Assembly (NCBI GenBank): GCA_965216325.1
Contig: OZ244160.1
Coordinates: 1,216,001-1,280,000 of the forward strand
Direction of reading: 5' to 3'
From: Coraliomargarita sp.
GTDB taxonomy: Bacteria; Verrucomicrobiota; Verrucomicrobiia; Opitutales; Coraliomargaritaceae
Length of the DNA stretch: 64,000 bases
Shown one piece after another: positions 52,182 to 64,000 of the stretch. Position numbers and translations under genes: made by a program. How positions within the stretch are numbered: position 1 is the stretch's first letter; each line of letters begins with the position of its first letter. The notes beneath the pieces were generated by a model. It was not told the DNA's origin and did not search any database. It saw nothing but the letters and a program-made list of their open reading frames with translations.

Positions 52182-53477
52182 CTACAAACGGATCGTCAGC
52201 GAGCGTCCGTGTGCATCCAATTGCTCCAGACGAGCAATGGTCTCCACCACAGGTGCGGCCTTGGCGAGACTCTTGGCATCGTAGCGCACGACGCTGGAGC
52301 GACGCATGAAGTCGATCGCCTGCAAGCCGCTGAAGAAACGTCCCGCACGGCCCGTCGGCAAGGTGTGGCTAGGCCCGGAGGTAAAATCGCCCAACACAGT
52401 CGGCGTCATGTAGCCCTGCAAAATAGCACCTGCGGTCGTAATTTGCTTGGTCAACGACTCGATGGACGAGTCAGCAACTTGCAGCTCCAAGTGCTCAGGT
52501 GCGATGTAGTTCGCCACTGCTGCGCACTGTGCAAGCGTTTTGCACTGCACTACGAGGAAGCGGCCCTTCATCACCTTGGCAATCTTCTCAGCGTGATTGC
52601 GCTCCGGAATCTGCTTCGCAATCGATTTTTCGACGCGAGTGATCAGCGCCTTGCTCGTCGCAGCGAAATAAATGATCTCTTTCCCACTGCCGTGCTCGGC
52701 CTGCGCGATCAAGTCCGCAGCAACGTGCTCTGCAGTTGCGCCCGCATCCGCAATTACCATAACCTCACTCGGGCCAGGCAATAGATCGATACCAACCGTG
52801 CCCAAGACTTGACGCTTCGCCTCCATCACAAAGGCATTGCCCGGGCCAAAAATCTTATCCACCGCCGGAATGGTCTTCGTGCCATAGGCCATCGCACCCA
52901 CTGCTTGCACTCCACCCACCTTGTAGACTTCTTCAATACCCACCATCGACAACGCGGCCAGCATCCCTGGCGCAATCGATCCATCTGCAGCCGGAGGGGT
53001 GCAGACTGCGATTTCAGGGTTACCGACCAACTTCGCCAGCACCGCAGTCATGATGACGGTCGACACCAAGGGAACATTACCGCCTGGGATGTAAAGACCG
53101 ACCCGCTTAATCGGATAAAAACGTTCGCCGATGGTGCCACCTTGCGCGTTTTTTGCCTTCCATGCCTTAGGCAGCGTTTTCTTGTGGAACTCCTTTACCA
53201 TCGCGATCGACTCGCGAATGGCCTTTCGATCGGCGACGGACAAGGTTTTGACCGCAGCCTTCATCTCTTCGGGGTCCACGCGCATTGCTTTCGCGCTCAA
53301 TTTCGCACCATCAAACTTCTCGGTATACTGCAGCACCGCTTTGTCGCCATGCGCATGCACCTCAGCCAAGACCTCAGAGACGACTTTGGAAACGTCGCCC
53401 ATTGCATTAGCGGTCGCGCAGAACTTACGCAGCGCATTAGTAAACTTAGGTGTGTCGGTATACTCGAGTAATTTCAT
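52182..53477 (-). CDS. hisD: Histidinol dehydrogenase
   Basis: GLYIPGG, KIFGPGNAFV, GPSEV, QAEH, APEHLE, GPSHTLPT, EQLDAH. Confidence 0.97.
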   Translation of the reverse strand: MKLLEYTDTPKFTNALRKFCATANAMGDVSKVVSEVLAEVHAHGDKAVLQYTEKFDGAKLSAKAMRVDPEEMKAAVKTLSVADRKAIRESIAMVKEFHKKTLPKAWKAKNAQGGTIGERFYPIKRVGLYIPGGNVPLVSTVIMTAVLAKLVGNPEIAVCTPPAADGSIAPGMLAALSMVGIEEVYKVGGVQAVGAMAYGTKTIPAVDKIFGPGNAFVMEAKRQVLGTVGIDLLPGPSEVMVIADAGATAEHVAADLIAQAEHGSGKEIIYFAATSKALITRVEKSIAKQIPERNHAEKIAKVMKGRFLVVQCKTLAQCAAVANYIAPEHLELQVADSSIESLTKQITTAGAILQGYMTPTVLGDFTSGPSHTLPTGRAGRFFSGLQAIDFMRRSSVVRYDAKSLAKAAPVVETIARLEQLDAHGRSLTIRL

Positions 53478-53569
53478 AGTCAAAGGAGCAAGAGAACAAG
53501 GAAGCACCTACTCTGCAAGTCAGGTTCTAGCCAATATCTAAAACATTTCCGGACGTAACAGAAGCAGCC

Positions 53570-53684
53570 GTAGGGCTCGTGCTTGCACGATGCCGCAGAG
53601 ACAACAGGCGACCGGGGCAGCGGTATTCTGCCATTTGATAAACTCAAGGCTTTGAGCTGTCGAAACGGCAAGCAGAAGCCCTAC
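53570..53684. repeat. REP doublet with nested hairpin; supplies the stop codon of the adjacent minus-strand gene
   Basis: GTAGGGCTCGTGCTTGCACG ... TTCTG[CCATTTGATAAACTCAAGGCTTTGAGCTGTCGAAACGG]CAAGCAGAAGCCCTAC. Confidence 0.65.
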
Positions 53685-54433
53685 CCCTTCAAAGTCTCTG
53701 TCTCGTATTTTCCCGCCAGTCCATAGCAGCGCGGATACGCACGCCCGACCGCACGCAGACGCGCAAGGAATACGGACTCGTCCAGCGGCTGCTCACTAAA
53801 AGCCACGATCCGGTTCTCATAACCATCCATACTAAAGACTTTGACGTGTTTGAAGCGTGCGCGCAGCTCACGATTCTTGAGCGGTGCCAAATGCGGCACC
53901 TTCTCTGGTTCTACGGTATTCAACACCAACATGCCGCCCGGTGCGACTAATTCACTCACCGCACGAAACCAGTCTAAGTCCAGCGGTGCATAACGCACCG
54001 GAATGCCTTCGTCCTCACCATACAAATCATCGAGCACAAAATCGAATTGCTCGCCCTCGCCACCGGCTTGCACCCATTCCACCGCATCGCCCGCGACCAA
54101 CTCACAGCCCTCTGAGCATTCGAAGAAGCCATCCGCAATCGATAAGTGGATCGGATCCAGCTCAACCCCGACGACGCGCTCAACAGCTGCAACATCCATC
54201 AGTAAACGCCCCGCAGTGCCAGCACCGAAGCCCAGCAAGAGTCCTGAGTTCACGGTTCCTTCGGGGCGGTGTAACGCGGGAACAATCAATAAATCCCAAA
54301 TCGACCCATTCAGCGGACGATTCGGATTCCACTGCGAGTGATGCACACCATTCCGATAGAGCCGCAAGGAAGCACCCGCCGAGCGCACCTCGTAGTGGTT
54401 TGATTCAATAGTTCGACTCCAGACAATTGCCAT
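53681..54433 (-). CDS. Spermidine-synthase-like class I SAM-binding protein
   Basis: LLGFGAG, GVELDP, GDA, FDFVLDDL. Confidence 0.8.
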   Translation of the reverse strand: MAIVWSRTIESNHYEVRSAGASLRLYRNGVHHSQWNPNRPLNGSIWDLLIVPALHRPEGTVNSGLLLGFGAGTAGRLLMDVAAVERVVGVELDPIHLSIADGFFECSEGCELVAGDAVEWVQAGGEGEQFDFVLDDLYGEDEGIPVRYAPLDLDWFRAVSELVAPGGMLVLNTVEPEKVPHLAPLKNRELRARFKHVKVFSMDGYENRIVAFSEQPLDESVFLARLRAVGRAYPRCYGLAGKYETETLKG

Positions 54434-54629
54434 ATCGGTGCGAGCAAACGAATCTGCAAGCAAATGACAAGGCAGGCTTTGCGAGACAAATTGTCCTAGA
54501 TCCAGAATGAATGTTTCATTTGAGTTACGAAATCATCCCAAGTGCGTAACATATCTGCCCATTGTAACAAAGACTTTGACCCAGTCATCGTGAAGTCGCT
54601 TACTTTCGACCGGATCGAAACTACCTACC

Positions 54630-55496
54630 GTGAAGAAAACAACACTCAGTTTTAAAACGATCATTCTCTCTGATGTGCACTTAGGCACGCTCGACTGCAA
54701 GATCGACGAGGTAAACTATTTCCTCAAGCACACGCATAGTGAGCAGATCATCCTGAACGGTGACATCATCGACGGCTGGAGTCTGGCGCGTAAGGGCGGC
54801 TGGACCGAACAACATACTCGCTTCATCCGCCTTGTTCTCAAGAAACTGGAAAAACGCGGCACAGAGGTCGTTTACCTGCGCGGCAACCACGACGATGTCC
54901 TCACCCGCTTCCTGCCACTCTTTTTCGGCAAACTAAAGATCGTTAACGAGCACATACACGAAGGCAAACACGGCGACTATCTGATCGTCCACGGCGACGG
55001 CTTCGATGCAGTTACCGTCAACCACAAGTGGCTGGCAGTGCTTGGGGACATTGGCTACCAATCACTCCTCAAAATCAACCGCCTGTATAACAAATACCGG
55101 GCTTGGCGCGGCAAAGAATACTTCTCCTTCAGTAAGGCGATCAAAGCCAAGGTGAAGTCAGCCGTCAGCTTCGTTGGTAAATACGAAGAGCAATTGCAAA
55201 ACCTTGCCCGCAAGCGCAAGTGCTCCGGCATTATTTGTGGCCACATCCACACGCCGGAAGACAAAATGGTCGGCGACATCCACTATCTCAATTCCGGTGA
55301 CTGGGTCGAATCGATGACTGCCCTGGTTGAATACGACGACGGTCGCTTCGAGATCCTCGGTTATAAGGAGTTCTGCAAACGCCTCGAAGCCAAGGCACTT
55401 CGCAAAACACAAGCCAAAGAAGAAGAGCAAGACAGCGAGCCAGAGCCTGTTGAAGAATTTGAAGGCGAGGAACACGCTGAGGCAGAATCCAAATAG
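54630..55496 (+). CDS. PlcP/LpxH2-family metallophosphoesterase (probable phospholipase C)
   Basis: SDVHLG, GDIIDGW, GNHD, HGDGFD, ICGHIH, NSGDWVES. Confidence 0.85.
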   Translation: MKKTTLSFKTIILSDVHLGTLDCKIDEVNYFLKHTHSEQIILNGDIIDGWSLARKGGWTEQHTRFIRLVLKKLEKRGTEVVYLRGNHDDVLTRFLPLFFGKLKIVNEHIHEGKHGDYLIVHGDGFDAVTVNHKWLAVLGDIGYQSLLKINRLYNKYRAWRGKEYFSFSKAIKAKVKSAVSFVGKYEEQLQNLARKRKCSGIICGHIHTPEDKMVGDIHYLNSGDWVESMTALVEYDDGRFEILGYKEFCKRLEAKALRKTQAKEEEQDSEPEPVEEFEGEEHAEAESK

Positions 55497-55537
55497 AGGC
55501 TTTGCCATTATCTTTAATTGGTAAGAGACACACACTC

Positions 55538-56377
55538 ATGAGCAGTCAGCATATCCTTCAGCAACACTTTAGCACAGCCTCCTCACCAGCAACGTTCAAA
55601 GGCGAATGGATCCAAGAGTTAGAAACCACCCTCCCACTGTATCAACACCTGCCTGAAAACTTAAAGGCGAAGCTGCACCAGAAGATCGGACAGTTCATCT
55701 GCACGACTCAATTTGAAGCTCACGAATCCTTAGAGCTCACCGAGGCCATCGTTCTCAACATTGCAGCACAAGCCTGCATCTTGGTGCTCAACCACGATGA
55801 TGTCCCCTACCCTGGACTAAATACGATTCGACTCTACCCCACCGCATTTGAGTCCGTCATCGAACAAATCGAAGGTGACGGTTGCCTAACAGAAACCATC
55901 GTCGAGTGCGAAGGCGAATCCTGGGACGACGGCACGGTGCTCCTAGCATGGGACTCAGTTCAAAAAGGCGCACTCAACATGCGTGATGGCGAAAACGTCA
56001 CGCTACACGAATTCGCACACCAACTCGATGCTCTTAATGGCGACACCGATGGCGTGCCACTCCTGCCCAATGAAACCGCCTATCAAACCTGGGCCAGCGT
56101 CCTCAGCGAAAACGCCACTGATCTAATTGACCGCATTCAAAATGGCCAGCCCACCGTGCTGGATCCGTATGCGGCGACTAATCCGGGCGAATACTTTGCC
56201 GTGGCCACTGAGACCTTTTTCGAAAAGCCCCATCAACTCAAAGCCATGCGCCCTGAACTCTATGCCGAGCTGCAGAATTTCTACCAACTCGACCCGTCCG
56301 AGTGGCTGGATCCGATTTCAACCAAATCGAAATCCGTAGACATCAATTTGATGATTCCAAGCTTAGTGTTAAGCTAA
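55538..56377 (+). CDS. MtfA-like zinc peptidase (M90)
   Basis: IAAQAC, GESW, NVTLHEFAHQLD, YAATNPGEYFAVATETFFE. Confidence 0.9.
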   Translation: MSSQHILQQHFSTASSPATFKGEWIQELETTLPLYQHLPENLKAKLHQKIGQFICTTQFEAHESLELTEAIVLNIAAQACILVLNHDDVPYPGLNTIRLYPTAFESVIEQIEGDGCLTETIVECEGESWDDGTVLLAWDSVQKGALNMRDGENVTLHEFAHQLDALNGDTDGVPLLPNETAYQTWASVLSENATDLIDRIQNGQPTVLDPYAATNPGEYFAVATETFFEKPHQLKAMRPELYAELQNFYQLDPSEWLDPISTKSKSVDINLMIPSLVLS

Positions 56378-56381
56378 GCAT

Positions 56382-57662
56382 ATGCGGCCTCTAGTTGCCA
56401 GTTGTTGTGTACTACTTCTGCTGAGTAGCTGTAAAACCACGCCCACATCAGACCTGTCTCCCGAACAGTCCGCTTACTATAGCCAACTCCGCTTGGAACG
56501 TAAACTTGAAGCCGCATCACTCAACATCGACGAAAAAGCTGAATTCATCCAGCAACGCCTCGAGCAAGAGCACCTAGATCCTGAAACGAGCATTCCGAAA
56601 AAGTATATCAGTGCGGAACACGGAGACGGCCCACTGAACATGGAATTGTCGACCAGCTATCTGGCAGCGCTGGCTTACCAATACGCCTGTCAGCCCAATA
56701 GAGTAACACGTGATCGAATCCTCAAGCTCGTTGAAGGCATCCAAACAGCCGATTCCGCAAATGGCTACGACGGTTACCTACCTTCAAAACTAGAGCGTAA
56801 AGACGGCGAGCTGCGTATCGTGCGCAATGAAACCCATACCAACCTGTATGCCATGCTACTCAATGCTTACACGCTCACACTTGAGCTGGTTCCAGACCAG
56901 ACGATCCAGAGCCATATCCTCGAACACATGGAGTTAATCTTTGCACACTATCTAAAGCACGACTTCATGCTCTACGATGAGAACGGCCTCAAGCAGCCAC
57001 ACAGTAATATTCGAATCAGTATATTAACCTTCAGCCCTGCGGATCGTCTGGACGGCACTACGTTCCTCACCGTAGCCACTCATTACCTTCCCCAAAGCTC
57101 CCGTATCTATCCACAGCTAAGCGATCTAAAGCACAAGGCCGATGACATCTACAAAAACGTCGGGCCGATGCATATTGATTTTGGAAGTTGGGAAATCCCG
57201 AATGCCAGTTCAAGTTGGCTCGCCCTGCTCTCATTCGACACCATTTGCCAAATCGATCCGGATTCTGATCAAAAGCCACGTCTTATCGAGCTTGCCCAAG
57301 TCTACAATTATCAGGTCAACCCCTTTTTTCTAGGTCTCATTGCCAAATATAATCCGCGGCAGCGTGACACACTCCTCCCAATCATTGAAGCACGCTTACA
57401 AGAGGTGCCACACCGCCACCTCTCAACGCGAATGATCAATAGCTCAAGAGACGACCTTATTGTAAGTAACAATCACACAATCAAGCGCTCCCGTTACCCA
57501 CGCAGTGAATCCCCTCTGCCACTCTATGAAATCGATAGCGATGGCTACCTCTGGAAACGAGATCTACTTAAAATCGATGCGACCCGACAAGCAGGTTTAA
57601 CCTACCCAGGCATCGATTATTTACATGCCTACTGGCAGCTGCGCTACGTGCAACAGCTGTAA
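56382..57662 (+). CDS. Hypothetical lipoprotein
   Basis: Lipobox LLSS-C; 426 aa ORF; ends PGIDYLHAYW. Confidence 0.7.
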   Translation: MRPLVASCCVLLLLSSCKTTPTSDLSPEQSAYYSQLRLERKLEAASLNIDEKAEFIQQRLEQEHLDPETSIPKKYISAEHGDGPLNMELSTSYLAALAYQYACQPNRVTRDRILKLVEGIQTADSANGYDGYLPSKLERKDGELRIVRNETHTNLYAMLLNAYTLTLELVPDQTIQSHILEHMELIFAHYLKHDFMLYDENGLKQPHSNIRISILTFSPADRLDGTTFLTVATHYLPQSSRIYPQLSDLKHKADDIYKNVGPMHIDFGSWEIPNASSSWLALLSFDTICQIDPDSDQKPRLIELAQVYNYQVNPFFLGLIAKYNPRQRDTLLPIIEARLQEVPHRHLSTRMINSSRDDLIVSNNHTIKRSRYPRSESPLPLYEIDSDGYLWKRDLLKIDATRQAGLTYPGIDYLHAYWQLRYVQQL

Positions 57663-57907
57663 ACACAGCACGTCTATGCCACAAGCAAAGCGACGCACGA
57701 TCATTTGGCCACTTTCCCGTTTGGAAATCAGACTAGTATCCTCGCGAGGCTGCTGCATAAACGGAAAAGTAGCCTCAAGGCATTTGCGTTTGCCTGCCTG
57801 CATCTCCTGCTGCCCCTACTAGGCGCTGCAGTCGCACCCGCATGAACAAGCTAACTTCCGATGGTCTGCATATTTTGCCTACTCAACTTCCCCCAACGGT
57901 CTTGGCG

Positions 57908-58795
57908 CTAGAGTGATGTGCATCCTAGCGTGTCCAACCAAGAATCTGGCACAAGAAAGAACGGCTCCGTCAAATCACTTGTGACAAACATCGTGCAACG
58001 CTCTATTGTCATTTCAAACAATTCGACCTGGCTCACTACTGGCAAGCGTTCAACCAACTCGTCGTTGAGCAGTGCTGGCCACAAAGGCTTGGGAATCACA
58101 CGTAAGTCCTGTGGGACGCCCAAAAACTCAGACCACTGCGCTCGGCTCAGCCAACGTCCCCTTAAACCATCGGGCTGCATCGCTTTGGGTAGAATGTCTT
58201 CCGTCACATCGATAGGCAGGAACAAGCGTCCATAGATGAGCTGGCGCACCGCAAGCTGGGTAATCCCAAATCGTTCTTCGAGCAACACAGACGCCGTCGG
58301 GAGGCGAGCCAACTGCAATTGATGTGTTCGCATACGCTCAAGTTTCCTCAGCCAATTGTCCCGCGGATCCGGTCCTGGATACGACCAACCTTCCTCCGTT
58401 CGGTGGGCTAAGTAAAACTTAACCGCCAACTCCAACTGAAAATCACAGCCAACAGATTCATCCCGCACCAGAAAATCCATTTCACCGCGTGTGATCCCCG
58501 CTGCATCAATCACCTGCAAGTGTGAGGCTAGTAACGAAAGCTTTGGCGATTGCTCAATCAAATGCTGCAAGGCGTCCTCATACAAGTGCCCGAGCTTCTG
58601 CTGAAAATTCAGTTGATGCTCTACAGCCGGCACGCCCAACAAACTACGATCCAGCACTGAGGCTTCTGGCAAATCACCCACGAGCAGTGGTGCCTCTGCC
58701 AAGCTATCCATCAATGCCCCAGTCCATCCGTCCATTTGTAACAAGCTAGCGGTCAAATCAAGCAATGCAGCACAAAATATATATCCTGTATTCAT
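57908..58795 (-). CDS. DUF1853-family protein
   Basis: KLGHLYE, GEMDFL, LELAVKFYL, GPDPRD...K; PD-(D/E)xK-like pattern. Confidence 0.8.
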   Translation of the reverse strand: MNTGYIFCAALLDLTASLLQMDGWTGALMDSLAEAPLLVGDLPEASVLDRSLLGVPAVEHQLNFQQKLGHLYEDALQHLIEQSPKLSLLASHLQVIDAAGITRGEMDFLVRDESVGCDFQLELAVKFYLAHRTEEGWSYPGPDPRDNWLRKLERMRTHQLQLARLPTASVLLEERFGITQLAVRQLIYGRLFLPIDVTEDILPKAMQPDGLRGRWLSRAQWSEFLGVPQDLRVIPKPLWPALLNDELVERLPVVSQVELFEMTIERCTMFVTSDLTEPFFLVPDSWLDTLGCTSL

Positions 58796-58937
58796 CAGCA
58801 AAAGATAGGGCTGTCTGGCCGTTCCCAGCGGAGCGACATGACCGAGCGTGAAACGAATCGGACCAACAGCCGTTCGTCTGAATACAAAAAAGACCAAGGC
58901 TCATCCTAAATAACGAAGTTGAATTGATTCGAGAAGT

Positions 58938-59096
58938 TTAACCACGAATACCATCACGGATGGACACAGATGCTTTGGGGGCGCCATTTTGGAGAATGAG
59001 CCGAAACGCTCTCTCTGGCATAAAAACCTCAAAGGGTTTTAGAACATCCACTTCCAATTTAAATCTGTGTTTGTCCGTGTCCATCAGTGCTTTTAA
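58938..59096. repeat. AACCACG..ATGGACACAGAT inverted-repeat element
   Basis: AACCACGAAT...CACGGATGGACACAGAT ... ATCTGTGTTTGTCCGTGTCCATCAGTG. Confidence 0.55.
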
Positions 59097-59105
59097 CTCA
59101 TCTTT

Positions 59106-59210
59106 GTAGGCCATAGCTCTACAAGCTCCACAAGAGCTCTGCCAGACGGTCGCCTCGGCACTTCGATAAACTCAGGGCGGTGAGCCTGTCGAACCGCGAG
59201 ACGCCCCTAC
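59106..59210. repeat. REP element with nested hairpin
   Basis: CGGTCGCCTCGG[CACTTCGATAAACTCAGGGCGGTGAGCCTGTCGAACCG]CGAGACGCCCCTAC. Confidence 0.65.
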
Positions 59211-59276
59211 CGACAAAATAAAATTAAACCCAACACTGGCTTGCACTCCAGAGATCCGGTCGAATGCTGCAGCGCC

Positions 59277-61817
<2,541 letters not shown>

Positions 61818-61829
61818 AGCTCGAGAAGC

Positions 61830-61942
61830 ACCACCCCGTCTCGCTACGCGATCCACCCCTCCTCGTCAAGGAGGGGAACTCATAAAAAGAAAGCTCCTCC
61901 CCAGCCAAGGGGAGGTCACCTGCTCGTCAGGTGGGAGGGGTA
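61830..61942. repeat. Doublet of CCCCTCC..GGAGGGG hairpin repeats
   Basis: ACCACCCCGTC...CCCCTCCTCGTCAAGGAGGGG and GCTCCTCCCCAGCCAAGGGGAGGTCACCTGCTCGTCAGGTGGGAGGGGT. Confidence 0.6.
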
Positions 61943-62064
61943 TCTTAGGCTATGCTCGATTCATAGCAACAACACGTCATCCTTCGTGTGCTTCGTGCCT
62001 TCGTGTGAGCAATTTACGAGTGCTAGTTTTGAGCGCCCCTTTAGCTTCATTTAGCGGTCCCCAT

Positions 62065-63126
62065 CTACGTCCCCCAAGTCAACTGATTCGCTTGTCCTCT
62101 CGCGTGCCAGAGTTCACGCGTCTGTAAATCCATGATCACGATACGATGCTCCATCGCATACACACGTTCCACCTCACCCTTCGCATCCCGCTTACGGGTC
62201 ACTCCTTTCAGGCGCTTGCCCGTCATCCCAACAGCTAAGAAGCGACCACAGGGTGACTGCACCGCCGCACGGGCATTCCACAGTTCCGCGTTGCGCTGAT
62301 TCTTCACTGCAAGTAGCTGAGAACTCTCCTTGCTCGTAAAATCATAATAGAACAAGTCCGCACTACTACGACGGAACCAGAAGCCTGCGCCATCTGCCGA
62401 CCATTGCGGATAATGCCCTGAGCGCACGACACGCTCACAGCGATTGTAGTCCAAATTCCACAAGTAGAGTCCTTCACTACTGATAAGCGCCCGTGCCAAT
62501 CCATCCGGTGCAAAACAGGCACCATCACCATTCACCTCCGGAACCGACGCGCTCAACAAACGTCGTCCGTTTAAGCCCACCAGATAGATCCCCTCCGCTC
62601 CGGAGAAAATCATTTGCCGCCGACTCCGACTAAAGGCCAGCGGACGATAAGCATCCCGACAAAGCGGCCGCAGCGCGTAACGCGTTTCTCCTGGTTTCAG
62701 CGCGAACAACTGATGCTCGAGCACGATCCGCCCCTCCGTTGGGCGGTCGGAGGCAATCAACCCAAACAATTGGCCAGCCTCGTCCTGCTGCGAAGCAATC
62801 CACTCCAATTGCCACAAAACCCAGCGATTCAACGGAAGCGACAGCAGCGTCTCCGAGCTACGCCCATCCAAATCATAGCAGCGCAGCTCACTGTAATCCC
62901 GACGCGCAAAGCCTTTTGCGCAAACATAGCGATAGGCCCTACGTCTGATCGGATCATAGGCGATCGGACACTCCACCGGACCGACTTCACCAAAATCATG
63001 CTGCAGCGACAGATCACTGTTGAGATGCAGCAAGCGTCCCGAGTCTTCCACCAGCAGCGACGGCGCATCCGAGCGAGGCACAACCTCAGTCCAACCATCG
63101 GCCAGTTCAAACTCTAGTTTCTGCAT
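62065..63126 (-). CDS. Hypothetical beta-propeller (TolB-like) protein
   Basis: Repeated AFS, FAPDG, WSADG and SPCG blade motifs. Confidence 0.65.
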   Translation of the reverse strand: MQKLEFELADGWTEVVPRSDAPSLLVEDSGRLLHLNSDLSLQHDFGEVGPVECPIAYDPIRRRAYRYVCAKGFARRDYSELRCYDLDGRSSETLLSLPLNRWVLWQLEWIASQQDEAGQLFGLIASDRPTEGRIVLEHQLFALKPGETRYALRPLCRDAYRPLAFSRSRRQMIFSGAEGIYLVGLNGRRLLSASVPEVNGDGACFAPDGLARALISSEGLYLWNLDYNRCERVVRSGHYPQWSADGAGFWFRRSSADLFYYDFTSKESSQLLAVKNQRNAELWNARAAVQSPCGRFLAVGMTGKRLKGVTRKRDAKGEVERVYAMEHRIVIMDLQTRELWHARGQANQLTWGT

Positions 63127-63294
63127 AAGCGCCCCACAGTAGAACAAAACTCTGCAATGACTACGAAAAACATGAACTTCAGACTCACGCGGAGTTTATC
63201 TCACGCAAAGACGCAGAGACTTTAGGAGCAGGCGCGAGAAACAACTCCAATTTTCCTAGTCATCGCCATGCGGCTCACCTAGCTTGCGCGCTTC

Positions 63295-64000
63295 ATGTAT
63301 CAACTCAGGCCCTACCAGCAACAGGCGGTGGATAGCACCCTCACTTACTTCAGGAAGCAACGCTCTCCTGCGGTGATCGTGCTACCTACAGGTGCGGGTA
63401 AAAGTCTAGTGATCGCCGAGTTGGCCAAGATCGCCCGAGGTCGCGTTCTGGTGCTCGCACACGTCAAAGAGCTCGTTGAGCAAAACCACCTGAAGTATCA
63501 AAGCTATGGCTTAGAAGCCGGTGTCTATTCCGCAGGCTTGAACCAAAAAGACAGCACACAGAAGGTCATCTTTGGCAGCATCCAATCCGTTGCAAATGCC
63601 GACGATTCCTTCTTCAACGACTTCACCCTCTGCGTGATCGATGAGTGCCACCGCGTCGGCCTCGAACCCGAGAGCCAATACGGCCAAGTCATCGAGAAGC
63701 TGCAGCGTAACAACCCGCGTATTTGTATCCTCGGGCTGACCGCAACACCCTACCGCCTCGGGCTCGGATGGATCTATAACTATGCACTCAAGGGCGAGAT
63801 GAAGACACTGGAGCCGCGCTTCTTTAAGCACTGCATCTACGAGCTGCCCATTGAATATATGATTCGGAATCGCTACCTGACGCCGCCCGTCAAGGTCGAC
63901 ATACCGGTCACCTCCTACGACTTCTCAGAGCTCACCGAGACCGGCCAAACCTACACCATGGCGCAAGTAGAGGAAGTGCTCAATCAGCAGCGACGCCTCA
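63295..64000 (+). CDS. radD: RadD/YejH-like SF2 helicase, 5' part; runs off the window edge
   Basis: Not in the ORF track. Manual translation: MYQLRPYQQQAV...VLPTGAGKSLVIAELA...LAHVKELVEQNH...IDECHR...GLTATPYRL. Confidence 0.9.
   Translation, partial: MYQLRPYQQQAVDSTLTYFRKQRSPAVIVLPTGAGKSLVIAELAKIARGRVLVLAHVKELVEQNHLKYQSYGLEAGVYSAGLNQKDSTQKVIFGSIQSVANADDSFFNDFTLCVIDECHRVGLEPESQYGQVIEKLQRNNPRICILGLTATPYRLGLGWIYNYALKGEMKTLEPRFFKHCIYELPIEYMIRNRYLTPPVKVDIPVTSYDFSELTETGQTYTMAQVEEVLNQQRRL

Overview
Bacterial chromosomal window. Gene content and protein style suggest a marine Verrucomicrobiota (Opitutales, Coraliomargarita/Lentimonas-like); this is inference, not a database result. Most of it is housekeeping: pyrD (partial), purD, fumA, ErpA/IscA, a Ser/Thr kinase, rpoN, purF, priA, Fur, rplU-rpmA, lolC/E-lolD, a molybdenum-cofactor cluster, hisB/C/D, mqo and two helicases. 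An initiator tRNA-Met at 24019 is followed by a decayed island. The island holds arm-type repeats but no integrase, an XRE / ParA-like / DUF4258-like module, two back-to-back hipBA modules with their own operators, and a phosphoesterase remnant. The most striking accessory unit is at 30.4-35.9 kb. There a secreted Cys-rich leader with an RxRPPP motif precedes a 12-bp stem that locks the start region of a MacAB-like exporter operon, which ends in a CxTPWDxCC lipoprotein; this is a candidate metal-sensing, ribosome-stalling-controlled export system. Other notable items are a divergent pair of SipW-like peptidases beside a NarL-type regulator, a PlcP-like phospholipase with Pho-box-like repeats, and four pseudogenes. 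Intergenic regions carry several palindromic repeat families, including four REP doublets that each have a second hairpin inserted at the apex of the right-hand REP.
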